Part shown: piece by piece, positions 1 through 7,192 of the stretch
How the letters are laid out: each line of letters opens with the position of its first letter
Numbering within the stretch: position 1 is the first letter of the stretch
Virus record (IMG/VR): IMGVR_UViG_3300050150_000093
Span: 1-63,832 of that record
DNA from: a virus
Taxonomy: Duplodnaviria; Caudoviricetes
Reading direction: 5' to 3' (one strand)
DNA: 63,832 nucleotides
Made by a program: the position numbers and the translations under genes
The notes under the pieces: model-generated
The model's database searches: none
What the model saw: only the letters and a program-made list of their open reading frames with translations
Told to the model about the DNA's origin: nothing

Positions 1-1
1 G

Positions 2-175
2 TACAAGGTGAACGGCACTTTGTTCGTTAAGGCAACGCAGGATTACGACAAAGCTGTGGTCTTCATGATGGCGGCTTACAACGAGGGCGCCAACAAAGTC
101 AACATGTTCAAGGACGGTAAGTGGAACACGTCAATGAAGCGTCGCGGGTTCTGGTTGAAACTCTTTGGCTGGTAA
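2..175 (+). CDS. Hypothetical early protein, 5'-partial (YKVNGTLF...LKLFGW*)
   Basis: Frame open from the window edge to TAA 173-175; codon style matches neighbouring early genes. Confidence 0.6.
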   Translation, partial: YKVNGTLFVKATQDYDKAVVFMMAAYNEGANKVNMFKDGKWNTSMKRRGFWLKLFGW

Positions 176-178
176 CTG

Positions 179-207
179 TTGCCCTGAACCCTGTGTAGGG
201 CTATAAG
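179..207 (+). promoter_or_regulatory. Early sigma70-type promoter inside an inverted repeat
   Basis: TTGCCC-17nt-TATAAG; arms TGTTGCCCT 177-185 and AGGGCAACA 208-216. Confidence 0.7.
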
Positions 208-231
208 AGGGCAACAACTGGAGGACACATC

Positions 232-411
232 ATGAACGCTGAGAACATTGAGAACACCCTGAAGGAAATCTTCTCGGAAGCGATTGAGGATGGTGTCTTC
301 AGTAACGTTCGCTCCTTCGAGGAAGCGATGATCCTGAGTCAGGATCGCGGTCTGGTCGTCAAGACTGTCTTCGGAGACGAGTTCCAGATCACCATCGTCC
401 AGACTCGATAG
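232..411 (+). CDS. Hypothetical phage protein, 59 aa (MNAENIE...GDEFQITIVQTR), absent from the ORF track
   Basis: GGAGG RBS upstream; ATG 232 to TAG 411; directly follows a promoter. Confidence 0.8.
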   Translation: MNAENIENTLKEIFSEAIEDGVFSNVRSFEEAMILSQDRGLVVKTVFGDEFQITIVQTR

Positions 412-420
412 GAGGACTAG

Positions 421-612
421 GTGGCCGATAAGACCTACAACCTGCAGACCTGGGATGGCGAGCAGTTCAATACGGTCCGGACAGAGGAGTCCAACATTCC
501 AGCCCTCTCGTGGCTGCAGGCTCAGGCTCGCTTCATGCCGAACTGTCCAGCGCGGGTGACTGTAACGGAAGTCCTCCAAGAATACGAGCCCACAAAGCGG
601 AAAATCCGATGA
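421..612 (+). CDS. Hypothetical early protein
   Basis: GTG start with AGGAGG RBS; stop overlaps the next ATG (ATGA). Confidence 0.75.
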   Translation: MADKTYNLQTWDGEQFNTVRTEESNIPALSWLQAQARFMPNCPARVTVTEVLQEYEPTKRKIR

Positions 613-895
613 CGTCCTATTACACCGAACTGGATGAAGACCGCGGCTGGGATGATGTCGTCGCCGAGCAGGAGCGTGAGCGAGAAGAGGGTCGTCGTCT
701 AGCCCGTTTTAAGCCGGCTGAGTACGCGATCGCCAAGGGGCGGCTGTAGGCACCAGGGTCGTCTGTGCAGCGTGTTCTAAGGCGTTTCTGAAGCGTTCAT
801 ACCAGCAGGCATTCTGCTCTAACAAGGGCAGGGGCAACTGCAAAGACGCCTATTGGAATTTGGTTAAGCCTCGGGGCATTGCCCTGTTGACCTAG
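609..895 (+). pseudogene. Frameshifted small Zn-finger protein (CxxC...SYQQAFC...CKDAYWN)
   Basis: ORF 609-749 stops early; the -1 frame (722-895) has no start codon and encodes CAACSKAFLKRSYQQAFCSNKGRGNCKDAYWN; the frames join at AAGGGG 735-740. Confidence 0.6.
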
Positions 896-915
896 AATTG
901 CGTCTAGGCTATAAC
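887..915 (+). promoter_or_regulatory. Early sigma70-type promoter inside an inverted repeat
   Basis: TTGACC-17nt-TATAAC; arms TGCCCTGTT 880-888 / AACAGGGCA 913-921 and CCTAGA 891-896 / TCTAGG 903-908. Confidence 0.8.
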
Positions 916-939
916 AGGGCATCAACTGGAGAGACGCCT

Positions 940-1152
940 ATGCACCATTATCGTCTTCGAGCCGGCAAGGACACCATCTTTCTCCGGACCAAAGCTGTCC
1001 TGGAAACGGCTTCCGAGCAAGTCGGCAAGCTCGTGAAGGAAGCGCAATATCAGGTCGAGCTCATTGCTCCCACAGATATCGCCTCTCTGCAACAGGCCAA
1101 CGCCTACTTCAAGAAGTGCGGTATGGCTCCGTCGAATATCCGCTTGACCTGA
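940..1152 (+). CDS. Hypothetical early protein (MHHYRL...)
   Basis: ATG 940 with GGAG RBS downstream of the promoter; the longer TTG start lies inside the promoter. Confidence 0.75.
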   Translation: MHHYRLRAGKDTIFLRTKAVLETASEQVGKLVKEAQYQVELIAPTDIASLQQANAYFKKCGMAPSNIRLT

Positions 1153-1172
1153 CCTCCGTTCTATCGGATAAG
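1144..1172 (+). promoter_or_regulatory. Early promoter
   Basis: TTGACC-17nt-GATAAG, same family. Confidence 0.7.
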
Positions 1173-1203
1173 AGGGCATAGGTTAACACGTCAAGGATCC
1201 AAC

Positions 1204-1428
1204 ATGCATTTTCTGACTTGCGTTGTCTTTTCTGGTGCCTTTGGGTATGTTGCGTACGCCACCGGAAAGCACGCTATCGAATACGGCCATGCGGCTGATC
1301 TGGCGGCATTCCTACATAAGCCTGTTATGGAACACAAATATGCCCACGCGGCAAATATGTTCTTGATCTTGATGGCGGTTTCCGCTATATTGGCGGCAGG
1401 ATCACTCTTATATGGAATCTTTGGATGA
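1204..1428 (+). CDS. Small membrane protein
   Basis: Two hydrophobic segments; AAGGA RBS. Confidence 0.7.
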   Translation: MHFLTCVVFSGAFGYVAYATGKHAIEYGHAADLAAFLHKPVMEHKYAHAANMFLILMAVSAILAAGSLLYGIFG

Positions 1429-1589
1429 GCATTGGTACAAACCGCAACCCCGCTAACACGATGTCGGCAGCAGAGATGCGCCAGAGGGCTCGTGAGTATC
1501 GGGACAAGGGTCTGCACGAGCTGGCGAAGGGGCTGGAGAGTTCAGCCAAGCGTCAGGAGAAGAAAGAGAAAGACAACAAAATTCGCTAG
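1425..1589 (+). CDS. Hypothetical basic protein, 54 aa (MSIGTNRN...)
   Basis: ATGA overlap with the previous gene; read manually. Confidence 0.6.
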   Translation: MSIGTNRNPANTMSAAEMRQRAREYRDKGLHELAKGLESSAKRQEKKEKDNKIR

Positions 1590-1615
1590 CTTTTAGCATA
1601 GGTGTTTTTTTCCTG

Positions 1616-1644
1616 TTGACTCGAAATCCGGAATATCGGATAAA
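1616..1644 (+). promoter_or_regulatory. Early promoter
   Basis: tttcctgTTGACT-17nt-GATAAA. Confidence 0.8.
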
Positions 1645-1667
1645 GGGGCTTCACAAGGAGATACCCT

Positions 1668-1820
1668 ATGAAGACTGTTCAAGTGACGTTCCAGATCAGG
1701 GACGAAGATAACGAGGTTGACTTCGTCGAGGCTCTCAAAGAGAAGTTCGGTGTCGTCGACTGCGAAGATCCTGGCCTGGCGGAAGAGTACGTACTCAATG
1801 CCATCGTAGGCATCGTCTAA
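1668..1820 (+). CDS. Hypothetical acidic protein, 50 aa (MKTVQVTF...)
   Basis: AAGGAG RBS; ATG 1668 to TAA 1820; lies between two promoters. Confidence 0.75.
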   Translation: MKTVQVTFQIRDEDNEVDFVEALKEKFGVVDCEDPGLAEEYVLNAIVGIV

Positions 1821-1830
1821 AAGTTTCCTG

Positions 1831-1859
1831 TTGATTTCCGATCTAGAATATCGGATCAA
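1831..1859 (+). promoter_or_regulatory. Early promoter inside a perfect 16-bp inverted repeat
   Basis: TTGATT-17nt-GATCAA; arms GTTGATTTCCGATCTA 1830-1845 / TAGATCGGAAATCAAC 1860-1875. Confidence 0.7.
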
Positions 1860-1889
1860 TAGATCGGAAATCAACCTCGGAGAACGACT

Positions 1890-2228
1890 ATGAGTCGCAA
1901 GGCCAGCCCGCTTCAGAAGTGGCGCAAAGACTACAACGCAATTTCGAGCGGCATCAGGATCGTGAAGCATCACGCTCGTATCACTCAAGCCGTGGTGGTC
2001 AGCCAACTCAAGGACCTGATCCCGGAGAACGATCACAATGCCGACCCGGCAATCATCAAGGCGATCAGGCGCCGGCAGAACAAGCCTCTGGCGCTGAATC
2101 TGCGGACCCTCTCGGTCATGCGGGCCCAGGCGCGCGAGATGATGGAGACCCGATCTGAAGCCGTTCTCCGGTCGCGTCTCCTGGCGGACAAGCGCTATGA
2201 GGCCCGTCAGGCTGCCCTGACCAAGTAG
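1890..2228 (+). CDS. Hypothetical basic early protein
   Basis: GGAG RBS; GC3-rich ORF. Confidence 0.8.
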   Translation: MSRKASPLQKWRKDYNAISSGIRIVKHHARITQAVVVSQLKDLIPENDHNADPAIIKAIRRRQNKPLALNLRTLSVMRAQAREMMETRSEAVLRSRLLADKRYEARQAALTK

Positions 2229-2244
2229 GCTCTGAATTTTCCTG

Positions 2245-2273
2245 TTGATCTGAAATCCATTCCATCGGATAAA
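2245..2273 (+). promoter_or_regulatory. Early promoter inside a perfect 13-bp inverted repeat
   Basis: TTGATC-17nt-GATAAA; arms TTTCCTGTTGATC 2238-2250 / GATCAACAGGAAA 2275-2287. Confidence 0.75.
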
Positions 2274-2295
2274 GGATCAACAGGAAAGATTCAAT

Positions 2296-2754
2296 ATGTT
2301 GTGGGAAGACGCGCCAATGACCTTGATCAAGGTGACCCTACCAGAAGAGCCGGCTCCGATCTTCGAGATCCAGATCAGCCATCCTATCACGGCCCGTCGA
2401 CTGGGTGACCTGATGTGCACGGGGATGGAAAGTCCGTACAGCCCCTGGCTGGCGAACGTGGAACCGGTATCGCCCTTCCAAGAGATTGAAGGTGATGACA
2501 CCTGGTACTACTCTGAGCGGTTCTTCTCGGACCCGGACTTCCGCTTCAAGGCGTCCTTTGACGGGAATGACGATGAAGAGGGGTCTTTCGGCTCCTCTAA
2601 GGAAGTCGGTCTGGATGACGTCAAGAAGGCCCTCCAACTGATGGCTGAGCACAACAAGGACGCCTTCCGGGACTTCGTCGACGAGACTGACGATGCGGGC
2701 ACGGCGGACGTCTTTCTACAATACCTCTTCCTCGGCGAGGAGATCTACGGCTAG
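2296..2754 (+). CDS. Acidic hypothetical phage protein
   Basis: C-terminal DAGTADVFLQYLFLGEEIYG resembles a DA-x-AD-x-LQ-x-GE-x-YG motif recalled from uncharacterised phage proteins. Confidence 0.8.
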   Translation: MLWEDAPMTLIKVTLPEEPAPIFEIQISHPITARRLGDLMCTGMESPYSPWLANVEPVSPFQEIEGDDTWYYSERFFSDPDFRFKASFDGNDDEEGSFGSSKEVGLDDVKKALQLMAEHNKDAFRDFVDETDDAGTADVFLQYLFLGEEIYG

Positions 2755-2996
2755 TGTCTAAAGATCAAGCGTTGATGGCTGGCATCTCAGCGCAGGAGAA
2801 TCTGCAGGCAGATGTTAGACGTCTCATCAAGGCCTCTCCTCTATCGGAAGAGGAAGTAGGATTCGGTGCAGGGATTAGTAACCATACATTGAAGACCGCA
2901 TTGTATGGTCATCCATCAAAGATGACAACTCTAGTGGCCGGACAGATCGTCCGAGCCCTTGGAAACAGGCTCACGTGGAGCTTTGATCCAATTTGA
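2754..2996 (+). CDS. XRE-like helix-turn-helix protein
   Basis: LSEEEVGFGAGIS...IVRALGNRL; aligns by eye with the N-terminus of 5040-5708. Confidence 0.65.
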   Translation: MSKDQALMAGISAQENLQADVRRLIKASPLSEEEVGFGAGISNHTLKTALYGHPSKMTTLVAGQIVRALGNRLTWSFDPI

Positions 2997-3000
2997 CTAC

Positions 3001-3143
3001 GCTGCCCCGGCTCGGAAGGACGAGCGCCAATAGAGCCGACCTCCTAGGATTAGGCTTGCGGGTCATAGAGCGAAACGGAGGGGTGGTCCTAGGCTGCGCC
3101 CTCCCGAGTAGGCCGAAGCAGGTGTCGAGTCCTGCGGGCAGCA
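3001..3143 (+). ncRNA. tRNA-like RNA with an expanded (~90 nt) central region
   Basis: Acceptor GCTGCCC/GGGCAGC plus A; D arm GCTC-GGAAGGAC-GAGC; T arm GCAGG-TGTCGAGT-CCTGC; no normal anticodon arm. Confidence 0.7.
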
Positions 3144-3154
3144 CAAGAGACTAT

Positions 3155-3265
3155 CGAGCTAGACGCAGTTGACTTGCAACGGTCAGTAGGGTAAGTGCCC
3201 GCTGCTATAGAAACACGCGGGCGAGTGCCCAAGTACCTGGGTGCGAATCCCGGCTGGCTCGACCA
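3155..3265 (+). ncRNA. tRNA-like RNA with encoded CCA
   Basis: 8-bp acceptor CGAGCTAG/CTGGCTCG plus A-CCA; T arm CTGGG-TGCGAAT-CCCGG; long internal stem including GCCCGC/GCGGGC. Confidence 0.7.
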
Positions 3266-3293
3266 TACATTGTCCTATAGGAAAGTCCACGCC

Positions 3294-3425
3294 ATGAAGA
3301 TCATCTTTGCTGTTGCCCTGGCTGTCTTGGCTACGGCTTGTACAACGGCTCCTAAGCCTACCTCCCTGGCGGCTCTTTCCTGTCTCCCGAACCTGGAGAT
3401 GACGGCAACGGGACCCTGCCAATAG
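3294..3425 (+). CDS. Small lipoprotein, 43 aa
   Basis: MKIIFAVALAVLATA-C signal peptide and lipobox; AGGA RBS. Confidence 0.75.
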   Translation: MKIIFAVALAVLATACTTAPKPTSLAALSCLPNLEMTATGPCQ

Positions 3426-3557
3426 ATGTTGAGTCCCGTACGCTTCTGGGGCCATCCAGACAACTGGAGTGATAAGACCTGGAAGGAATATATGATGTTG
3501 ACCATGAGCGGTAAGCCATGGCACAGATTTCTTTGTTGGCTTTGGAATTTGAGCTGA
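3426..3557 (+). CDS. Trp-rich hypothetical protein, 43 aa
   Basis: ATG immediately after the previous stop; ends before the next promoter. Confidence 0.5.
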   Translation: MLSPVRFWGHPDNWSDKTWKEYMMLTMSGKPWHRFLCWLWNLS

Positions 3558-3565
3558 TTTTCCGG

Positions 3566-3594
3566 TTGACCTTTTAGCCTGTTCAAGGGATAAA
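3566..3594 (+). promoter_or_regulatory. Early promoter
   Basis: ttccggTTGACC-17nt-GATAAA. Confidence 0.75.
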
Positions 3595-3620
3595 GGGATA
3601 ACGAATAACGGAGAACAGCC

Positions 3621-4013
3621 ATGTTCAAGAAAGTTGCCTTCATTGCCCTCGCCGTCTCCGCTATTGCGGGTGCGGCCCAGGCTACCAATCTGCCCCGCTT
3701 CAACGAGGGCGAGCCCTTTGCGGTCGCTCGGACGCGTATCATCAAAGCCGGCTTTGTTCCCTTCCCTATGCGGGCGAAGGCGGACAATGAGAAGTGCGCC
3801 AAGTACTGCACGGTGTATCCGGAAGTGATCATGTGCATCAAGGAGATCAGCAACTACTGCCGGTTCTCCTATATCAAACCGACGGCGAATGGTCCTGTGA
3901 TCATCGTCCTGGCCACTGAGGGGACGGACCCCAAGATCGTGGACGCCGGAGAGATCCAGGAAGAAGAAGTCGACGCCTTGATTGCGCGCCGGGAACGTTT
4001 CGAAGGGAAGTAA
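3621..4013 (+). CDS. Secreted/periplasmic Cys-containing protein
   Basis: Sec signal peptide MFKKVAFIALAVSAIAGAAQA; four Cys; GGAG RBS. Confidence 0.8.
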   Translation: MFKKVAFIALAVSAIAGAAQATNLPRFNEGEPFAVARTRIIKAGFVPFPMRAKADNEKCAKYCTVYPEVIMCIKEISNYCRFSYIKPTANGPVIIVLATEGTDPKIVDAGEIQEEEVDALIARRERFEGK

Positions 4014-4022
4014 CACTATACC

Positions 4023-4187
4023 ATGAAGGACCTAGTTGAATTCCTTGTAGCGTTGCTATTGTCAACGTGGCCTATAGGAACCATGGTCCTTTGGCATAGT
4101 GGAGCGCGGCCTTTCATTTCTTTGATATGGCCCCTGGCGCTGCTATACTGGTACATGCGTAACTGGTTGTCCTTAAAGACCAGCTGA
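4023..4187 (+). CDS. Small membrane protein, 54 aa (MKDLVEFL...)
   Basis: Hydrophobic ORF filling the gap between genes; read manually. Confidence 0.5.
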   Translation: MKDLVEFLVALLLSTWPIGTMVLWHSGARPFISLIWPLALLYWYMRNWLSLKTS

Positions 4188-4201
4188 ACAAAGGGAAGTG
4201 A

Positions 4202-4534
4202 ATGTCTGAATACGTTTCGCACTTCGTCTGGGTTAAGTTCCGGTCAAAGCATTCCTCCGGTCCGGGTCAATGGCACTGGGAGGAAGTCGAATTCGATACA
4301 CCTAATCCAACTGAGAAGCAACTGGTTTCTTGGCTCGAGGAGAAGGACTACGAGTGGAACACCGGCTCCGAGCACTGGCGCGGGATGGAAGGCTTCTTTG
4401 AGGAGCCGCCGCTCAAAGAGGCGGAAAAGAACGTCGTATATGCGGCTTCAGACATCTTGCGGGCCCAGGCACGACTCGAGCGCGGGAAGGCGCTTCTAGC
4501 GCGTTTAAAAGCGACTGAGGATGCACATGTCTAA
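4202..4534 (+). CDS. Hypothetical protein
   Basis: ORF in the tightly packed + strand array. Confidence 0.75.
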   Translation: MSEYVSHFVWVKFRSKHSSGPGQWHWEEVEFDTPNPTEKQLVSWLEEKDYEWNTGSEHWRGMEGFFEEPPLKEAEKNVVYAASDILRAQARLERGKALLARLKATEDAHV

Positions 4535-4805
4535 AGGTAAAGTCTTCATCAAAGATCCCGAAGCGGCTCTGGCGATCGATCAAGGGCTCCGAGCACCTTA
4601 TGACGGTGATACAAATGTAACCGTCTGGGCGCATATGGCTGCCCTGGGCGTCATGCACGAGATGCAGCGCCGATCGGGACTTGGCGACGTCTTGGATGAA
4701 TTGGATGATGACTTGCGTAAAGAGCTGGTCGATAAAGTCAAGCGGATCATTACTCAAGCATCCTCAATAGCCTCGCAGGCCCCAGGTAGACCTTATGAAG
4801 ACTAA
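4527..4805 (+). CDS. Hypothetical protein (MSKGKV...)
   Basis: GAGG RBS before ATG 4527. Confidence 0.75.
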   Translation: MSKGKVFIKDPEAALAIDQGLRAPYDGDTNVTVWAHMAALGVMHEMQRRSGLGDVLDELDDDLRKELVDKVKRIITQASSIASQAPGRPYED

Positions 4806-5043
4806 AGCTCCGAATGGGCCCAATTGTCATCGTTGCGGGTTTCGAGATTGTTCGTACCGTGATAGACAAGACTTTGCTGGATGCGAAGCTGATGGAGCCT
4901 TTATACCGAGTCGTTCGGTTTCACAGGGACCCAGCTATATTAGCTACCCTGGGTTGGACGAGCGGGAAAGTCTCAACGAGTTTGTCTTCGAGAACTTTCA
5001 AACGGAAAGCGACTATATTGGATTTGAAGTTGGTGATCAATGA
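4795..5043 (+). CDS. Hypothetical protein with CxxC
   Basis: Overlaps both neighbours; CHRC...C...C. Confidence 0.6.
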   Translation: MKTKAPNGPNCHRCGFRDCSYRDRQDFAGCEADGAFIPSRSVSQGPSYISYPGLDERESLNEFVFENFQTESDYIGFEVGDQ

Positions 5044-5708
5044 CTAAAGCCCCTACTACCAATGAGCTGATGATAGCTGAATACATGGCGGAAGAAGAGT
5101 TGCAGGGACTCGTCCGCCAAGCTTGTAACGAGTCTGGACTAGACCGACCAGAGATCGCTAAACGTCTTAATATGGGTGCACACCGACTCGCAAGATACCT
5201 CAATCACCCCAATTGCAGGCTCACAGTAAAGCAGGCAGCTAACATCCTGCGAGCAATAGGACAACGGTTAATCTTTACTACACAAGCAATAGACAAGCCT
5301 CCGGGCTGGGATGCGGCCATGGCTGAACCTTATCCTTTTGTTCGCCTTATTCCAGGAAGTATAGACATCACGGCTATTAAGCCGGAAGATGAGATCTGGG
5401 TAAAGCTCAAGGTTAAAGAAATCTGGGGCACCAATATGACGGGGACCTGGGTTAAAGCATATGTTAGCAATTGGGAGGTTCTTAATTTCTCAGCTAAAGA
5501 CATCGTTTACCATATTCCTGCTCCAGAGCCTGTTATAGTAGAAGAGCCTTTAGCAGTTGGTGATTGGGCTGAAGGTTGGCGTGGTAGTACAATGATCGGC
5601 GGCTATCCTATTGCGGTAATTGATACCGGTCGTGCATACTGGCGGGATAAGCATGGGGTCCTCAACGGGGGAGTACTGTTGCAGCACCTCAAGAGAGTAA
5701 AGACGTAA
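5040..5708 (+). CDS. XRE-like HTH protein with a C-terminal domain of unknown function
   Basis: SGLDRPEIAKRLNMGAHRLARYL...LTVKQAANILRAIGQRL. Confidence 0.7.
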   Translation: MTKAPTTNELMIAEYMAEEELQGLVRQACNESGLDRPEIAKRLNMGAHRLARYLNHPNCRLTVKQAANILRAIGQRLIFTTQAIDKPPGWDAAMAEPYPFVRLIPGSIDITAIKPEDEIWVKLKVKEIWGTNMTGTWVKAYVSNWEVLNFSAKDIVYHIPAPEPVIVEEPLAVGDWAEGWRGSTMIGGYPIAVIDTGRAYWRDKHGVLNGGVLLQHLKRVKT

Positions 5709-5812
5709 TGCTTCATACCATCTTTATGTGGCCCGGTCTCCCGTACATTGTACTAGCTGTAGGCATGTTTATATCCATGTCTATTTGGTGGTGGGCAACC
5801 TTTAAACGTTGA
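5708..5812 (+). CDS. Small membrane peptide, 34 aa
   Basis: TAATG coupling; one hydrophobic helix. Confidence 0.5.
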   Translation: MLHTIFMWPGLPYIVLAVGMFISMSIWWWATFKR

Positions 5813-5820
5813 GATAAGAT

Positions 5821-6102
5821 ATGGGTGACTACGCTGACGGCATTATAGACGACGGGATCTTTGAAGACTTCGGATCTATACTTGATACTTCTTATGGGAT
5901 GGGGCGCTTAGGGTTTAAGCAACCGAAGAAGTGTCGGTCATGCGGCTATGGTGGTCTCTACTGGGGCAAGGAAGATAACAAGTGGCGTCTGTACCACTAT
6001 ACCTTGCTGTACACAATGAAGCAGCCCGAGTTTGTTTTACATCGCTGCGGGTTTAAATCCGACGGCACACCTGTAGAGAAAAGCAATGAATCTCTGGAAT
6101 AA
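5821..6102 (+). CDS. Hypothetical Zn-binding protein
   Basis: CRSC...LYW...W-L...HRC. Confidence 0.7.
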   Translation: MGDYADGIIDDGIFEDFGSILDTSYGMGRLGFKQPKKCRSCGYGGLYWGKEDNKWRLYHYTLLYTMKQPEFVLHRCGFKSDGTPVEKSNESLE

Positions 6103-6409
6103 ACTATTCGGTAATAAAGAGAATAAAGAAGAGCAGAACACTTCTGAGCCCACTATAGTTGATCTTCGTCATACTTATGGCCCAGTCAAATATTGGACAG
6201 CTGTTGTTCAGTATGATGCGTGGAAGCGACCTTTTGCTACCAACAAATGGGGCGATCCCATGGCTCTGGAACTTAACGGTAGTTGTTCGTCACCTTTCAC
6301 GGATTGGAAACTAAAGAGTGGCCCTCCTGTAGTGTTCACAAAAGATGATATGAGCAAGTCGTTCTTCCCACCAAAAGATTTCGGTAACAATGTCAAAGAT
6401 CCCTCCTAA
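6086..6409 (+). CDS. Hypothetical protein
   Basis: ORF in array. Confidence 0.7.
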   Translation: MNLWNKLFGNKENKEEQNTSEPTIVDLRHTYGPVKYWTAVVQYDAWKRPFATNKWGDPMALELNGSCSSPFTDWKLKSGPPVVFTKDDMSKSFFPPKDFGNNVKDPS

Positions 6410-6770
6410 ACTAGTAGAAGTAGCAGCAAGAGCTGTTGAATACTGGATCTGTAGTCCATTCGAATGGACTGAAGAACAGTTCGAGACCTGGTTCAACAAA
6501 GATCCGTTCTTCACAAAGAATAAAACCGGCTGGGGCTTCTTTGATGGGACTCGCAAAGGGAAGTTGCTAGAGGAAACCAAAATTGCCCTAGAAGCTTACG
6601 AGGCTGCTAAGGAACGTGATCCTGAAGCTCAACGTTTGAGTAGAGCAATCAAGAAGTACATCGTGGATAAAGAGGAAGCCAGGTACTGGGGCGGTCCTAC
6701 GATCGAGCCCCTGTTTCCTCTAAACGACGCAGACCTTTTAAAGCTAGCTAAGATTTTAGACAACGCTTAA
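6390..6770 (+). CDS. Hypothetical protein
   Basis: ORF ending just before a promoter. Confidence 0.7.
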   Translation: MSKIPPKLVEVAARAVEYWICSPFEWTEEQFETWFNKDPFFTKNKTGWGFFDGTRKGKLLEETKIALEAYEAAKERDPEAQRLSRAIKKYIVDKEEARYWGGPTIEPLFPLNDADLLKLAKILDNA

Positions 6771-6776
6771 TTTCCG

Positions 6777-6805
6777 TTGACTTTGGATTCGAGCCATTGG
6801 ATAAA
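6777..6805 (+). promoter_or_regulatory. Early promoter
   Basis: tttccgTTGACT-17nt-GATAAA. Confidence 0.8.
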
Positions 6806-6825
6806 GGATCAATAGGAGAATTCCA

Positions 6826-7026
6826 ATGGCTAAGAACAAGATCTTTACCTATACGTTCGGTTCGGGCTATCAAGGGATGGTCGCAGCCAAGGACGTTGAT
6901 GCAGCTCGGTTGGAAGCCAACCTTGAGCATGGACGCGCTTCGGAAGTCCGTGGAGTTCGTCTTGCCACACAGCAAGATATTTCGTGGTTCGAAGGTATGG
7001 GCGGTCGAGTGCCGAAGGTAGCTTAA
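6826..7026 (+). CDS. Hypothetical early protein
   Basis: AGGAG RBS after the promoter. Confidence 0.75.
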   Translation: MAKNKIFTYTFGSGYQGMVAAKDVDAARLEANLEHGRASEVRGVRLATQQDISWFEGMGGRVPKVA

Positions 7027-7027
7027 T

Positions 7028-7192
7028 ATGAATACACGTCTGGGTCTTCTGTATCTTGCGCACGCTGCGAATGACTTAGCGTTGTTCTATACTATGTTGC
7101 GTCAAGACACTCCCCGACTAAGGCGAGAAGGGCGACTACACGAAGCGTATCTTTGGAACAAACGAGCTGCTAAACTGTTGAGGGTATCATGA
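7028..7192 (+). CDS. Hypothetical protein, 54 aa (MNTRLGLL...)
   Basis: Fills the gap; ATGA overlap with the LysM gene. Confidence 0.5.
   Translation: MNTRLGLLYLAHAANDLALFYTMLRQDTPRLRREGRLHEAYLWNKRAAKLLRVS

Noticed and set aside
76-579. Long minus-strand ORFs in the early region (also 1593-2036, 3183-4016, 3275-3853)
   Set aside because: They shadow + strand genes that have RBSs and promoters, and they cross promoter or ncRNA elements; GC3-rich genes often leave the antisense frame open.
3155-3265. Calling this element tmRNA or tRNA-Sec
   Set aside because: No G3-U70, no tag reading frame, too short for tmRNA, and no UCA anticodon loop; kept as an unclassified tRNA-like RNA.
3195-3293. N-terminal extension of ORF 3195-3425
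   Set aside because: It overlaps the tRNA-like RNA; the signal peptide and RBS fit ATG 3294.
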